This document shows positions 30,478 to 39,780 of a DNA stretch of 47,458 nucleotides, piece by piece. The stretch lies in NCBI GenBank assembly GCA_049517415.1, contig JBEKSC010000022.1, positions 1 to 47,458 of the forward strand, given 5' to 3'. The notes beneath the pieces were generated by a model, which was not told the DNA's origin, did not search any database, and worked only from the letters and a program-made list of their open reading frames with translations. Source of the DNA: Candidatus Bathyarchaeia archaeon. Its GTDB lineage: Archaea > Thermoproteota > Bathyarchaeia > 40CM-2-53-6. The translations under genes were made by a program, and so were the position numbers. How positions within the stretch are numbered: position 1 is the first letter of the stretch; every line of letters starts with the position of its first letter.

Positions 30478-31108
30478 GCAGATTCACCTCCCCAGATTAG
30501 AGGTTCAGTGTTACCGTGGACTGAAATATGTGTTACTGGCTCGGTTCGTACAAAAGAAAGGGTTTGTTCTGCGCGAAACTAAGGACTCAGTACATCTTGA
30601 ATGTGACGTCCCCCCAGAAGTTACAGATCCTTGCGGAGGTCGTCCAGAAGCTGTTTCGTGTATCTGGCCAGGCTCCGGATTAGTGGATCCTCCTCTCCGT
30701 CGGCGTCTAGGTACTTCTTGCGTCGTTCGTGATCTGTTAGTAAAAGAGACTCGGCCTTGCTGTTGAGGGACTCGAACGGACCGACCGGTTGTGGATTACC
30801 GATAGGGACAGCGCGTCGATAGGAAAGAAATCTAACGAAAATGTTCGCCGTTGAATCGTTGAAGGCCGTGGACCTATGCATTTGAAAAGCAGGGGAAGCA
30901 ATGGCCGTCTCAACGGTCCCTGAATTTCTCATAATAGACTCTTCGAGAGTCTAATCATCGCGGGCGTTCATTTATCGACTTTTTTTGAGTTACTACGTTC
31001 AAAGTAAGTTTCCATGCAGCTGAGTTCAATTTTTCATTGAATCAGCTCAAAATGAGAGGCTTTCCGCGGTTTAACCAACACTATAGTGTGCTCTAAAATA
31101 CTTAATGC

Positions 31109-32809
31109 ATGGGGCTTCGAACTCACGAGACGAGAAGACCGGGGTTGCATCTTTCCGCGCGGCCATTGTTAACGCTCGCGTTTTGCCTTGTCGTAGCTGG
31201 GCTTATCCTACCAAATGTCGGAGCCCAGCTTTCTTACTCGGCTTCAGTTACCATAGCAGGCCTTCCGTCAACCGTTAGCACTAACCTTTACGTTGATGGG
31301 CTCTTCAACACAACAATTAACGGGGGACAGACCCTTACCTTAACGTTCTCCGCTCCAAACACCGGCCATGTAATCACAGTAGATTCTTACGTACCGAATA
31401 GTGTCTTGGCGAACGGCACGCGTTTCTATGAGCCTGACGCGTCATGGGCCTTCACGGCGGCTGGCAGCCACATTTTCACTTACACCGCGCAATACTATCT
31501 GACCGTAGAAACGTCTTACGGTACCTCGACCGGTCAAGGATGGTATGAATCCGGCACGGCGGTGCATGCGACAATAAATGACTCGAATGTTGATGAGGGT
31601 CAAGGAACACGAGAAGTCTTCTCAGGATGGTCAGGAGATGCATCCGGAAGTGGTTTGACTACGGCGCAAATATTCATGACTGAGCCGAAGACCGCCATAG
31701 CGAATTGGAAGACGCAATTCCTTTTGACAGTGGGGTCCAACCCCGCCAACGTTTCCGGTCTCTCCGGCTCTGGTTGGTATGATTCGGGGAACGAAGCGAC
31801 ATTCTCAGCAGCTGCAGTTCTACCGGCCAGTGACAATACGCGTCTTATGTTTGAAAAATGGAGCGGAGACTACTCGGGTCAATCAACGACTGGGCAGCTC
31901 CTAATGGACCGGCCCGAAACAGTCCAGGCGAATTTTCTCGCTCAATATTTGCTTACGGTTCAATACAGTCCAGTAAGCATTACCTCCGGGTATAACGCAT
32001 CTCATGCAGGCTGGTATGATCTCAACACAAACGTCCAGCTTGGCCCAGCTCCAACAACTGTCAACCTGAGCTCCGTCGAGCGCCTTCGCTTTATCGGCTG
32101 GACCGACAATAATTCAACTTCTTCAAACCCGTCCTACACAGTGGTCATGAATCAACCGCGCACAATCACGCTCTCGTACAAGACACAGTATTATGTGGAT
32201 GTGCAATCTTCGCACGGTTCGGTTTCAGGTTCGGGATGGTACGACCGCGGGACCACAGCAAATATCACTGCCACTAGTGACCCCCAAACTTGGCCCATTT
32301 CATATACTCTAACTGGTTGGCAGCTCGAACCCTCGACAGGGGCGGTCACGAAGACTGATCATTCATGGAGTCTGATTGTGACTGGACCTTACGTTGTTCA
32401 AGCTGAGTGGAGCTTTGACTATCTTCCGTTTGTCGAACTCTTTGGCGGTGGCGGAATCGCAGTCGCGGTCGTCGCGGTGGCGTTCGTTCTTGCCCGTAGA
32501 CGGGGTGTCTCCGACCGTGCGCAACCAATGCCTAGTCGTCTAACTTCAGTAAGTGCGCCCGCTTCCCCGATTGTAATGCAGGTCTGCATTACCTGTGGGA
32601 ATTCTGTTCCGAAGGGGGCATTCTGTGAAAAGTGCGGAGCTCCTATGGAAGCGCCCGCGGTATCGTCATTGGATGAAAAGGTATACGATTACATCGTGAA
32701 GCATGAAGGCGTAATCTCGTTAAGCACGGCATCAGCTGAACTCGGAATTCCTATTGAAGAACTCAAGACAATAACGGGCCGGCTAAAGAATCAGGGTCGC
32801 CTAGCCTAG
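31109..32809 (+). CDS. Type I membrane/surface protein: about 4 beta-repeats, TM, Zn-ribbon, C-terminal wHTH
   Basis: Signal peptide; repeated Y/FxLTV...GWY...GW units; TM; CITCG..FCEKCG; helical HTH-like tail. Confidence 0.8.
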   Translation: MGLRTHETRRPGLHLSARPLLTLAFCLVVAGLILPNVGAQLSYSASVTIAGLPSTVSTNLYVDGLFNTTINGGQTLTLTFSAPNTGHVITVDSYVPNSVLANGTRFYEPDASWAFTAAGSHIFTYTAQYYLTVETSYGTSTGQGWYESGTAVHATINDSNVDEGQGTREVFSGWSGDASGSGLTTAQIFMTEPKTAIANWKTQFLLTVGSNPANVSGLSGSGWYDSGNEATFSAAAVLPASDNTRLMFEKWSGDYSGQSTTGQLLMDRPETVQANFLAQYLLTVQYSPVSITSGYNASHAGWYDLNTNVQLGPAPTTVNLSSVERLRFIGWTDNNSTSSNPSYTVVMNQPRTITLSYKTQYYVDVQSSHGSVSGSGWYDRGTTANITATSDPQTWPISYTLTGWQLEPSTGAVTKTDHSWSLIVTGPYVVQAEWSFDYLPFVELFGGGGIAVAVVAVAFVLARRRGVSDRAQPMPSRLTSVSAPASPIVMQVCITCGNSVPKGAFCEKCGAPMEAPAVSSLDEKVYDYIVKHEGVISLSTASAELGIPIEELKTITGRLKNQGRLA

Positions 32810-33207
32810 AAAAGCGAGAAGGGTGAACGCGCTTGCTGCTCGCCCTCCATCAAGTATTGGCCGGATTGAGACCCCAGCTTCGGCGCCAATCCCCAGTAAC
32901 ATTCGGTGCACAGGCTTAGGGCTCCATATTGTCTGTTGCAGGATGAGCAAATTGGCCTTCCACATCTTGAGCAGATGAATGAGGATGGCAGCTCAGAATG
33001 ATAGTAGCAACTACCTTGCCTCTGCACCTGCCTCGGAGTGTAGGTTGGTGTGGACATTGGAGCTGTAGGGGTTGGCTTCATGGAAGCTGTCAGAGGTGAC
33101 TTCACATCAACTTTGACAGGAGGTAAATTGAGAAGCGACACGCCGCAGCTGAAACAGTACCTTGCCTCATCGGAGTTGGTTTTGCCACAGACCTGACACA
33201 TTGGCAT
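32806..33207 (-). CDS. Zinc-ribbon plus B-box-type zinc-finger protein
   Basis: CQVCG..N...ARYCFSCG; Pro/Thr linker; CYYH-x7-CSRCGRPICSSC-x8-CTEC. Confidence 0.8.
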   Translation of the reverse strand: MPMCQVCGKTNSDEARYCFSCGVSLLNLPPVKVDVKSPLTASMKPTPTAPMSTPTYTPRQVQRQGSCYYHSELPSSFICSRCGRPICSSCNRQYGALSLCTECYWGLAPKLGSQSGQYLMEGEQQARSPFSLF

Positions 33208-33363
33208 ATTTGAACCACACATTGAATTGGTAGCAAGCATTTCTTAACGGTTACTTAAGGGCTGATGCGTTTACCCATTCAAATTCGCCGTGAAATGTGG
33301 CAATTGATGGTTATGGCAATAGGTCTCTTGCGAAAGTGTGACACGGTTGATACAAGATTCTTC

Positions 33364-34608
33364 CTACGTCAACCTTAGAATTGATTCATGAAACTCCTCG
33401 TCTTTACCGTCAGCGAAAACTCTGAGATAGTCTCCCCGACCAGCCACCTTTCCTAGCTTTGAATGCCCATCCAACATCCTTGTTCCCTCAGATGTTTCCA
33501 AGAGTATGCGCAGTGCTTCGCCATCGATTTTGGCGTGGCGACGAAGGTTTTCCTCCAAGTTCCCCTTATAACGACTGACCGTGGAGATCATTAGGTCGCC
33601 CCGTTGGGCAGGTTCCTTGGTCGTTCCCTCTTTTCCACATACGATGCATTTCTCACCTCGCTTCAAGTCCATCGGAGTGTACCGATTATTCCTCAAATCC
33701 AAGAACAGAACTGACCTTAGTGGCTGGCCGCTACTTTCTGGCCATCTAGCATTAGATCGGTATTCTTCAATTCCAATGATCAGCTTGACAGTTTCTTGGG
33801 CAAGTATTGATGAGACCAGTGAGATTGTTGTCGAGAAGGATGGGACGGCTTCCTGCTCCAACGGGGCGTCACACGGGTTTCGCAAACCTACGATCTTCGA
33901 GTATTGGTTGGGCGGAAACATGCATACAGGGCAGGCGTCATTGGGTGGGAGGTATACGTGAATTCTGCCGTTCAACCCGGTGATTCCGCCGTCAACCAAC
34001 GGGATAGAATATTTTCTGCAAATCTGAGTTAGGAAGATTCGCGAGACGACATTGTCGAGGCCGCACACTATCACGTCTGAGTCCAAATAGAATTTCAGTG
34101 GTAATCGTTCTAGGTGGCCGCGGAAGGCGGTCGTTTGGACGAAGGGATATTTCCTGTGAATATTCTTTGCAAGAGCTTCAGCCTTGTTCTTTCCAAGGTC
34201 ATTTTTTTCGAAGAAGACCATGCGGCTAATATTAGACATTTCCACGGTGTCTCTATCTACGATGATAATTCGTCCGACCCCTAGCATAGCTAGGTTCTTG
34301 GCTACCTCGTTGCCAATGGCGCCGGCGCCCGCGAGTAGCACCGACGAATCTCTTATCCTCCTTTGGCCTTCCAGACCCCAAAGGAGCAAGTGTCGCCCCC
34401 ACAGGTAGTCAATGGTCACCGTTTCGTTGATTCTTGACAGACGTGTATGATCCGGTAGCGGCTTTCCGTGGGCTAGTAGTCTAGTGAGTTCAGGTTCGAT
34501 CCCTAGTTTCTTGCAAATTATTACTTTAAGCTCTTTAGCCGTCTTGTCGGGGTTCAGCTCCACTTCGATTTGTTTGTAGGAAGGGAGGGAAGCATTCACG
34601 CGCATCAA
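33364..34608 (-). CDS. Ubiquitin-activating E1-like enzyme (ThiF family) with N-terminal ubiquitin-like domain
   Basis: GAGAIG; DRDTVEMSNISR; Zn pairs CPVC and CIVC; candidate catalytic Cys in RNPCD; N-terminal about 65 aa with Ubl pattern (TAKELKVII...RLLAHGKPL). Confidence 0.88.
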   Translation of the reverse strand: MMRVNASLPSYKQIEVELNPDKTAKELKVIICKKLGIEPELTRLLAHGKPLPDHTRLSRINETVTIDYLWGRHLLLWGLEGQRRIRDSSVLLAGAGAIGNEVAKNLAMLGVGRIIIVDRDTVEMSNISRMVFFEKNDLGKNKAEALAKNIHRKYPFVQTTAFRGHLERLPLKFYLDSDVIVCGLDNVVSRIFLTQICRKYSIPLVDGGITGLNGRIHVYLPPNDACPVCMFPPNQYSKIVGLRNPCDAPLEQEAVPSFSTTISLVSSILAQETVKLIIGIEEYRSNARWPESSGQPLRSVLFLDLRNNRYTPMDLKRGEKCIVCGKEGTTKEPAQRGDLMISTVSRYKGNLEENLRRHAKIDGEALRILLETSEGTRMLDGHSKLGKVAGRGDYLRVFADGKDEEFHESILRLT

Positions 34609-35201
34609 GAAGACGCTCGATGTGCCCGTCCAGGAAGGTCGAACCTAACGATATCCCCGGCCTCTGAAGCCGCGTCCCTCATTTGTGGGACCGGGACTAC
34701 GTCGAATCGCACAATGTCGTCGGGTTCCTTACTTTTCGGTTTGGCTTGCGTCATTTTAGGGAATCCATAGGAGCGGCAAACGTTTGCCGCTTTGAGGGCG
34801 CGCGGATTGTCGAACACGCTCTGAGGGTTCGGGTCCGTTAGCAGGTAATGTAACGCATTTACGACCGAAATGAGTTTCAATCTGGGATCCCATTTTTCCC
34901 CGAGTATTGAAACGCACACAGCATTTGGGATTTTCGGTACTATGTTGGGGTGTGAAATTTCCGTGAGCCAAGTCGCCACGGGTGGTTTCAACGGGTATTC
35001 TGGGGGAATGTCAAATCTGAACCGGTGCCAGTTGGTGTAATCAGTGAAGGGCCAGACTCCCTTCTCCGATAACTTCATGACCTCCCCTTTTTCGCACCGA
35101 ATGAGGCCTTCGAATTGGGTTGGAGGGTCGTTCATTGCGGTGACCGTGGGGAATTGGTGGTTGAGCAGGTTCTTCTCCTTGAGCAGCAGTGGGACATCCA
35201 T
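34605..35201 (-). CDS. Ubiquitin-conjugating enzyme E2 (UBC fold)
   Basis: PPEYPLKPP; HPNI; catalytic VCVSIL; W-D-P; LLTDPNP. Confidence 0.92.
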   Translation of the reverse strand: MDVPLLLKEKNLLNHQFPTVTAMNDPPTQFEGLIRCEKGEVMKLSEKGVWPFTDYTNWHRFRFDIPPEYPLKPPVATWLTEISHPNIVPKIPNAVCVSILGEKWDPRLKLISVVNALHYLLTDPNPQSVFDNPRALKAANVCRSYGFPKMTQAKPKSKEPDDIVRFDVVPVPQMRDAASEAGDIVRFDLPGRAHRASS

Positions 35202-35212
35202 TGCTAGTCAGG

Positions 35213-35479
35213 CTACCCGCCGATGATATTGTATGGCATGAGTGCAAGCTGAGCATTCTCCGGAATGCCTAACCTTGCAACAGTCGTGCTCTCGTCCAGT
35301 ATTGCGCCACCATACATGAGAGCCACAGTACTTGGGTCGACGTTGAACGACTGGCAGACCTGTTGCTTTATCTCCGCAACCGTGTGGTCTGGAATAACAT
35401 CGATTTCCGCAAGGCCTGTCTGGGGGCCAATAGGCGCTTGAACAAACAGTTTCATTTGTGACGTTTCACCTCCACTCAT
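35213..35479 (-). CDS. Ubiquitin-like modifier ending in di-glycine (alternative start 35455)
   Basis: TVAEIKQQV; LMYGGAILDESTTVARLGI; ends NIIGG-stop. Confidence 0.92.
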   Translation of the reverse strand: MSGGETSQMKLFVQAPIGPQTGLAEIDVIPDHTVAEIKQQVCQSFNVDPSTVALMYGGAILDESTTVARLGIPENAQLALMPYNIIGG

Positions 35480-35499
35480 GCTGACCTTTCATTTTCACA

Positions 35500-35516
35500 G
35501 ATGTGCTTAAACTATC
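35500..35516 (-). promoter_or_regulatory. Putative TATA box (TTTAAG, 35506-35511) for the Ub-E2-E1 transcript
   Basis: Archaeal TATA-like hexamer about 27 nt upstream of the Ub ATG. Confidence 0.45.
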
Positions 35517-35519
35517 TTG

Positions 35520-36788
35520 CTATGAGCTGGAGGGTATGGAAAAGTGCGGCACCAGCCCCCTGATTTCCGAGATATGTCGCTCGCTAAAAGGCCCCGATAT
35601 TTGAACGGGCAACTCTAGGCCTCCGGCTAACACAGCTGGGTTCGTTGACATGTTGCCTTTCGTTCTGGGAAGGATAAGCCGAATTGAGACAACCTCCATC
35701 CAGAACAAGATTGAACCAATAGACAAACGTTCGGCAAGTCCTTGGTACGGAGCGGAAATCGAGATTAGTACAAACACAGCAAGGGCGGTCGAGATCGGCA
35801 GCATTGCGATGCTGAAATGGCCGTAATGCTTCCAGTGTGGGTCGCGGCCGAAATTACGCCAAAAGAATGCCATTGCTGCCAGCGAGAGGAAGGTGACGAC
35901 TTCGGCAAGCACAACATGGATGGTGCCTGTTATCGTAACCGGAAACCCTTGGGGATAGTCCTGTGGAAACAGAAACAGGGCTAGGCCTAAGGCGCCCGTG
36001 CTCAAGAGCGAGACTGGGCCCCAAATCTGTCCGTCCTCGATTCCGTAGTAGAGGCCGACCGCCAAGAGGATTACGCAGACATTGTAGAGCCCGAAGAGGA
36101 GCAGCATTACGTCTCTGACTTGAATGGGTGAACCTGCCGAAGTGAGAGTGCTAACTGTATCGCGGTATTGTGAGTACTCGGGCCATAGAAATCCGCCAAG
36201 CAAGAGGGCTGAAAGATAAATGACGGGACCTACGGCTCCGAAAGCGCCGAGTGCTCGGGGTATCATCGATGGGGTTACTCTTTCTACTTCCGGCGTTGGA
36301 ACGTTCATGCCGCGAGCAATGTTTTCTTGGCGAGTCGCTGTATAAACTCCGGAAAAGACACTGATTCTCTCAGCGGATAAGCGTACGGCTCCACCTGTCC
36401 GATGATCCACGCGAAAGAACCCGACTTCCCCTGTCGATGTGTCCACGACCATACCCACAACCAGTTTCGAGAATTGCTGAAGGGTTCTTTGAGTTTCGAT
36501 GTCTGTTGGCGAGAAAAAAAGGCCGCCCACGGTATGTGAATGGTACCAACCCACAATGTTACCTTTTATTAGCCCAGTCACAAGCCCGTCCGCGATTTTC
36601 GCTAGCGCGTTCGAAGAGAGGCTTACCCTATGCGGCCCGGCTGAGGATTCACCTGTAATTGCGTTTTCTATTATCAGCGTATTGCCTTCAAGTCTTCCTA
36701 ACAGTAGGCCGACGATCTCATTTTTGTTGGCACGCGCAGCCTGCACTATCTTGTCGTTAACAGGTTTCCCTATGCTCACATTCGACAA
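35520..36788 (-). CDS. JAMM/MPN+ metalloprotease fused to a multi-TM DUF998-like membrane domain
   Basis: NEIVGLLLG...WYHSH-x7-SPTD (complete JAMM motif), then about 5 TMs with YSQYRDTVSTL, GTIH and GLAERL (DUF998-like). Confidence 0.85.
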   Translation of the reverse strand: MSNVSIGKPVNDKIVQAARANKNEIVGLLLGRLEGNTLIIENAITGESSAGPHRVSLSSNALAKIADGLVTGLIKGNIVGWYHSHTVGGLFFSPTDIETQRTLQQFSKLVVGMVVDTSTGEVGFFRVDHRTGGAVRLSAERISVFSGVYTATRQENIARGMNVPTPEVERVTPSMIPRALGAFGAVGPVIYLSALLLGGFLWPEYSQYRDTVSTLTSAGSPIQVRDVMLLLFGLYNVCVILLAVGLYYGIEDGQIWGPVSLLSTGALGLALFLFPQDYPQGFPVTITGTIHVVLAEVVTFLSLAAMAFFWRNFGRDPHWKHYGHFSIAMLPISTALAVFVLISISAPYQGLAERLSIGSILFWMEVVSIRLILPRTKGNMSTNPAVLAGGLELPVQISGPFSERHISEIRGLVPHFSIPSSS

Positions 36789-36886
36789 TGTCTCATCTGC
36801 TTTTCGCTATGTGTTCCTATTCGTCCTAAACTCTCTTTTTTCCAATATCATCAAACCTTCAATGGTATGTCTCGCGTGCACAATCG

Positions 36887-38293
36887 TCAGGTCGAGTCAA
36901 GTCCGAATTCTTTATGCAACGCTAGAACGGCCTTAGGTCCGTCCTTCTCAGTCACGACGAACGAGATGTTTAGCTCCGATGAACCTTGAGCAATCATCCG
37001 TACATTAACACCCGCCTTAGCAACAGCGCTAAACACTCGTGCGGCGACTCCCGGGGTCCCTTTCATTTCGGCCCCTACCGCTGCGATAATGCAGACATCG
37101 TCCTCCGTTGACATGTCCCTCACGACCTCCACCCCTAGTACGCTAAGTTCCAAAGCGCTTTTTGCTCTCTCCAAGTGATCTCTTGCAGTCACAAACGAGA
37201 TGCCTGCTTCCGAAGAACTCTGGGATATCATCAGAATGTTCACACCTGCGTCCCCCAGAACCCTAAAGACCTTAGCGGCAACTCCGGGCAACCCAGACAT
37301 GCCTGAACCGGTGACATTTATCAGCGCAAGCTTCTTGATCATTGTGATCGCCTTCACGATCTCTTTACTTCTTTCTGAGGTGTCGCCAGCGACAAGTGTT
37401 CCTTCAGAGTTGCGATTGAAAGCATTTCTGATGCGGACAGGGATTTGGCGGTCGGCCACGGGTTCTAGGGCTCGAGGGTGGATTACTTTCGTGCCGAAGT
37501 ATGCCATCTCACTTGCTTCCGCGTACGACACGTGTGGCAGAACTTTCGCACCGGCCTCTATGGTGGGGTCTGCTGTCATTAACCCGTCAACATCCTTCCA
37601 GAGGACAACTTCGTCGACCGACAGGGCGGCACCAATTATTGTCGCTGTGTAGTCCGATCCGCCTCTGCCCAGGGTAGTCGTGACTCCACGAGGGGTAGAG
37701 GCTCCGAAGCCCGCAACTATTGGCAGCGTCCGAGTCTCCAGCAAGCGCTCTAGTTTGTTCTTCACTTGACGGATTGTGATATCCATTAGTGGGGTTGAGT
37801 CTCCGTAGACCTCATTTGTTATTATGCCTGTCTCGCCACCTGTTAACCACACAGCATTAATGCCTGCATAGTTCGCTGCGCCACAGAAGATTGGAGCCGA
37901 CAATCGTTCTCCGAAGGAGAGAACAAAATCCTTTGAACGAGGTGTAAGTTCCTCCAAACGAGCAATGCTTCTTAGGATACCGCCAAGTTCCTTCGAAATC
38001 CCCTCAAGCTCACGAAGAACCATCTCAAGGGCAGACGAACCTTGAATGCACTCTGTCGCTATTCTGCGATGATGTTCCAGCTGCCTTTCTACAAATGAAT
38101 TTACCGAGCCAATGTCGCCTTCCATCGCTTTCGTGGTGATGCTCAGGAGTTCCGAGGTGACCTCAGGGAAGGCCGATACCACGACTACGAGTTGGCATCC
38201 GCTCTTCAATGATTCGTTTACGATTTCTACGGCATTTCTAATGCCTTTTGCACCAGCAAGTGAGGATCCCCCAAATTTCATTACGTATCGCAA
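36887..38293 (-). CDS. lysC: Aspartate kinase with two ACT domains
   Basis: VMKFGGSS; TTLGRGGSDYTA; DVDGLMTADP; ACT repeats. Confidence 0.94.
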   Translation of the reverse strand: MRYVMKFGGSSLAGAKGIRNAVEIVNESLKSGCQLVVVVSAFPEVTSELLSITTKAMEGDIGSVNSFVERQLEHHRRIATECIQGSSALEMVLRELEGISKELGGILRSIARLEELTPRSKDFVLSFGERLSAPIFCGAANYAGINAVWLTGGETGIITNEVYGDSTPLMDITIRQVKNKLERLLETRTLPIVAGFGASTPRGVTTTLGRGGSDYTATIIGAALSVDEVVLWKDVDGLMTADPTIEAGAKVLPHVSYAEASEMAYFGTKVIHPRALEPVADRQIPVRIRNAFNRNSEGTLVAGDTSERSKEIVKAITMIKKLALINVTGSGMSGLPGVAAKVFRVLGDAGVNILMISQSSSEAGISFVTARDHLERAKSALELSVLGVEVVRDMSTEDDVCIIAAVGAEMKGTPGVAARVFSAVAKAGVNVRMIAQGSSELNISFVVTEKDGPKAVLALHKEFGLDST

Positions 38294-38305
38294 GGTTGGA
38301 TCTTC

Positions 38306-39334
38306 TCACATCGCAAGTCTTTTCTTTATGTCGATAAGGTCGCGCAGAACCGAGCTTGCCGTCTCTCTACCGCCTGCCCCACGGCCACAAAGCGTGATCT
38401 CGCCGGCTAATTCGGTTTTGAACAAAACAGCGTTCAATATGCCGTCCACGCACAGAGGATTACTAAGAGAGATTGCTCTCGGCCGAACTGACAACTTGTA
38501 GTCCTTCGTCGAACCAACTAATTTTATCGCCTTGTTCTGTCTCTTGGATTCTTCTATCTCTTGGAATGTGACGGATGATATGCCCTCGATCATCACATCG
38601 CGGATGGAGGCACTTCCCCCCATCACCCAGTTGCTGATAATGACCAGTTTTATTGCCGTGTCGATTCCATCAATGTCAAATCTGGGATCGGCCTCGGCAT
38701 ATCCGAAGTCACGTGCCTCTTTGAGTGCGTGGCTCATGCTGACTCCTTCCTTGAACATTTGTGTGAGGATGTAGTTTGTCGTGCCGTTCAAAACTCCTTC
38801 AACAGATAGTACTCGATCTCCGGCTAAGCATTCCTTTGCGAACTTCAGGAGTTGTGTGCCCCCTCCAACTGTGCCACTGAACCTGAAGTCCACACCTTGA
38901 TAGCGAGCAAGTTCAAGTAGGGCTGGCATTGCCACTGCCAGCGGCCCCTTGTTCGTGGTGATAACGTTCAGGTCATTCTTTAGCGCCGACTCTATATGTG
39001 TAAGTCCCGGTTCTCCATCAGTCACGTTGGTGGGAGTCAGTTCTAAGAGGACATCAGCTTCTACCGTCTTGATGACATCGAGGGCGCCCACTCCTTGATG
39101 GCCGAGCGTTCTGTGTTGCGCGACGGATTCGTGTGAATTGCGTTTCGAAAGGGCCTCCGATATGTTCACACCTTTCTCGTCGATAATTGCGCCTCCTCGG
39201 TCCACGATGGCGACAACTTGTGGTGCAATGCCGTACAGCCTTCTCAACGATTCCGAACGCTCTTGAACTATTTCCGCAAACGATCTGCCAACTGTCCCGA
39301 AACCTATGATTATGATGCGCAAATCTGGTTCCAT
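38306..39334 (-). CDS. hom: Homoserine dehydrogenase
   Basis: GFGTVG; TNKGP; GVLNGTTNYIL; GYAEADP; GAGGRETAS. Confidence 0.95.
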   Translation of the reverse strand: MEPDLRIIIIGFGTVGRSFAEIVQERSESLRRLYGIAPQVVAIVDRGGAIIDEKGVNISEALSKRNSHESVAQHRTLGHQGVGALDVIKTVEADVLLELTPTNVTDGEPGLTHIESALKNDLNVITTNKGPLAVAMPALLELARYQGVDFRFSGTVGGGTQLLKFAKECLAGDRVLSVEGVLNGTTNYILTQMFKEGVSMSHALKEARDFGYAEADPRFDIDGIDTAIKLVIISNWVMGGSASIRDVMIEGISSVTFQEIEESKRQNKAIKLVGSTKDYKLSVRPRAISLSNPLCVDGILNAVLFKTELAGEITLCGRGAGGRETASSVLRDLIDIKKRLAM

Positions 39335-39780
39335 GCTCTTATGTTTTCGGTCATCTTGAGTCGGGGATTAGATACGTATCAGTTGTTGGTCTCTTATCTT
39401 TCACGGTACCGAATGATCAATTTTGTTTGGTCGCGATGACTGTGCAAACTTCTTTACCCTTCAATTCAAGGTACTTCAAAACTTCCGCCGTTGACGTCCA
39501 CCGTGTATAGTCGTTATCCGCCACGAGGATTTTCTGCGTATCCAAAATGAACTCGCTCGGTCGCTTGAGCCAGCGTGAGCACGGACTAACCAACGAGGGC
39601 ACATTAGAAACGTCTTTCATGAACTCACACAAAAGAAACGAGTGGCGCTGGGACTATTGCATCATCGATTAGAGACGTATTGAAAGAAAAGCCGCACGGC
39701 AAGGTTTAGCTTGCTGGCGGGCTAGAAGTACCAATAGAGTAAAATTATAGTTTGAAGCGTTTCGCCTAAATCTGATTAGT

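Noticed and set aside
30621..30932. 103-aa minus-strand ORF
   Set aside because: No recognisable motif; it may be a decayed gene, but I cannot support a call.
31018..31047. Imperfect inverted repeat AGCTGAgTTCAAT...ATTGAATCAGCT upstream of the surface-protein gene
   Set aside because: Single occurrence; it could be an operator or hairpin but has no independent support.
33364..35479. Reading E1 + GG-protein as a ThiS/MoaD/SAMP sulfur-carrier system
   Set aside because: A UBC-fold E2 with catalytic Cys sits between them, the modifier looks ubiquitin-like, and no thiamine, molybdopterin or tRNA-thiolation genes are adjacent.
39417..39632. Short ORF with a receiver-domain-like KILVADND
   Set aside because: Too short, lacks the remaining REC motifs and has no clear start signal.
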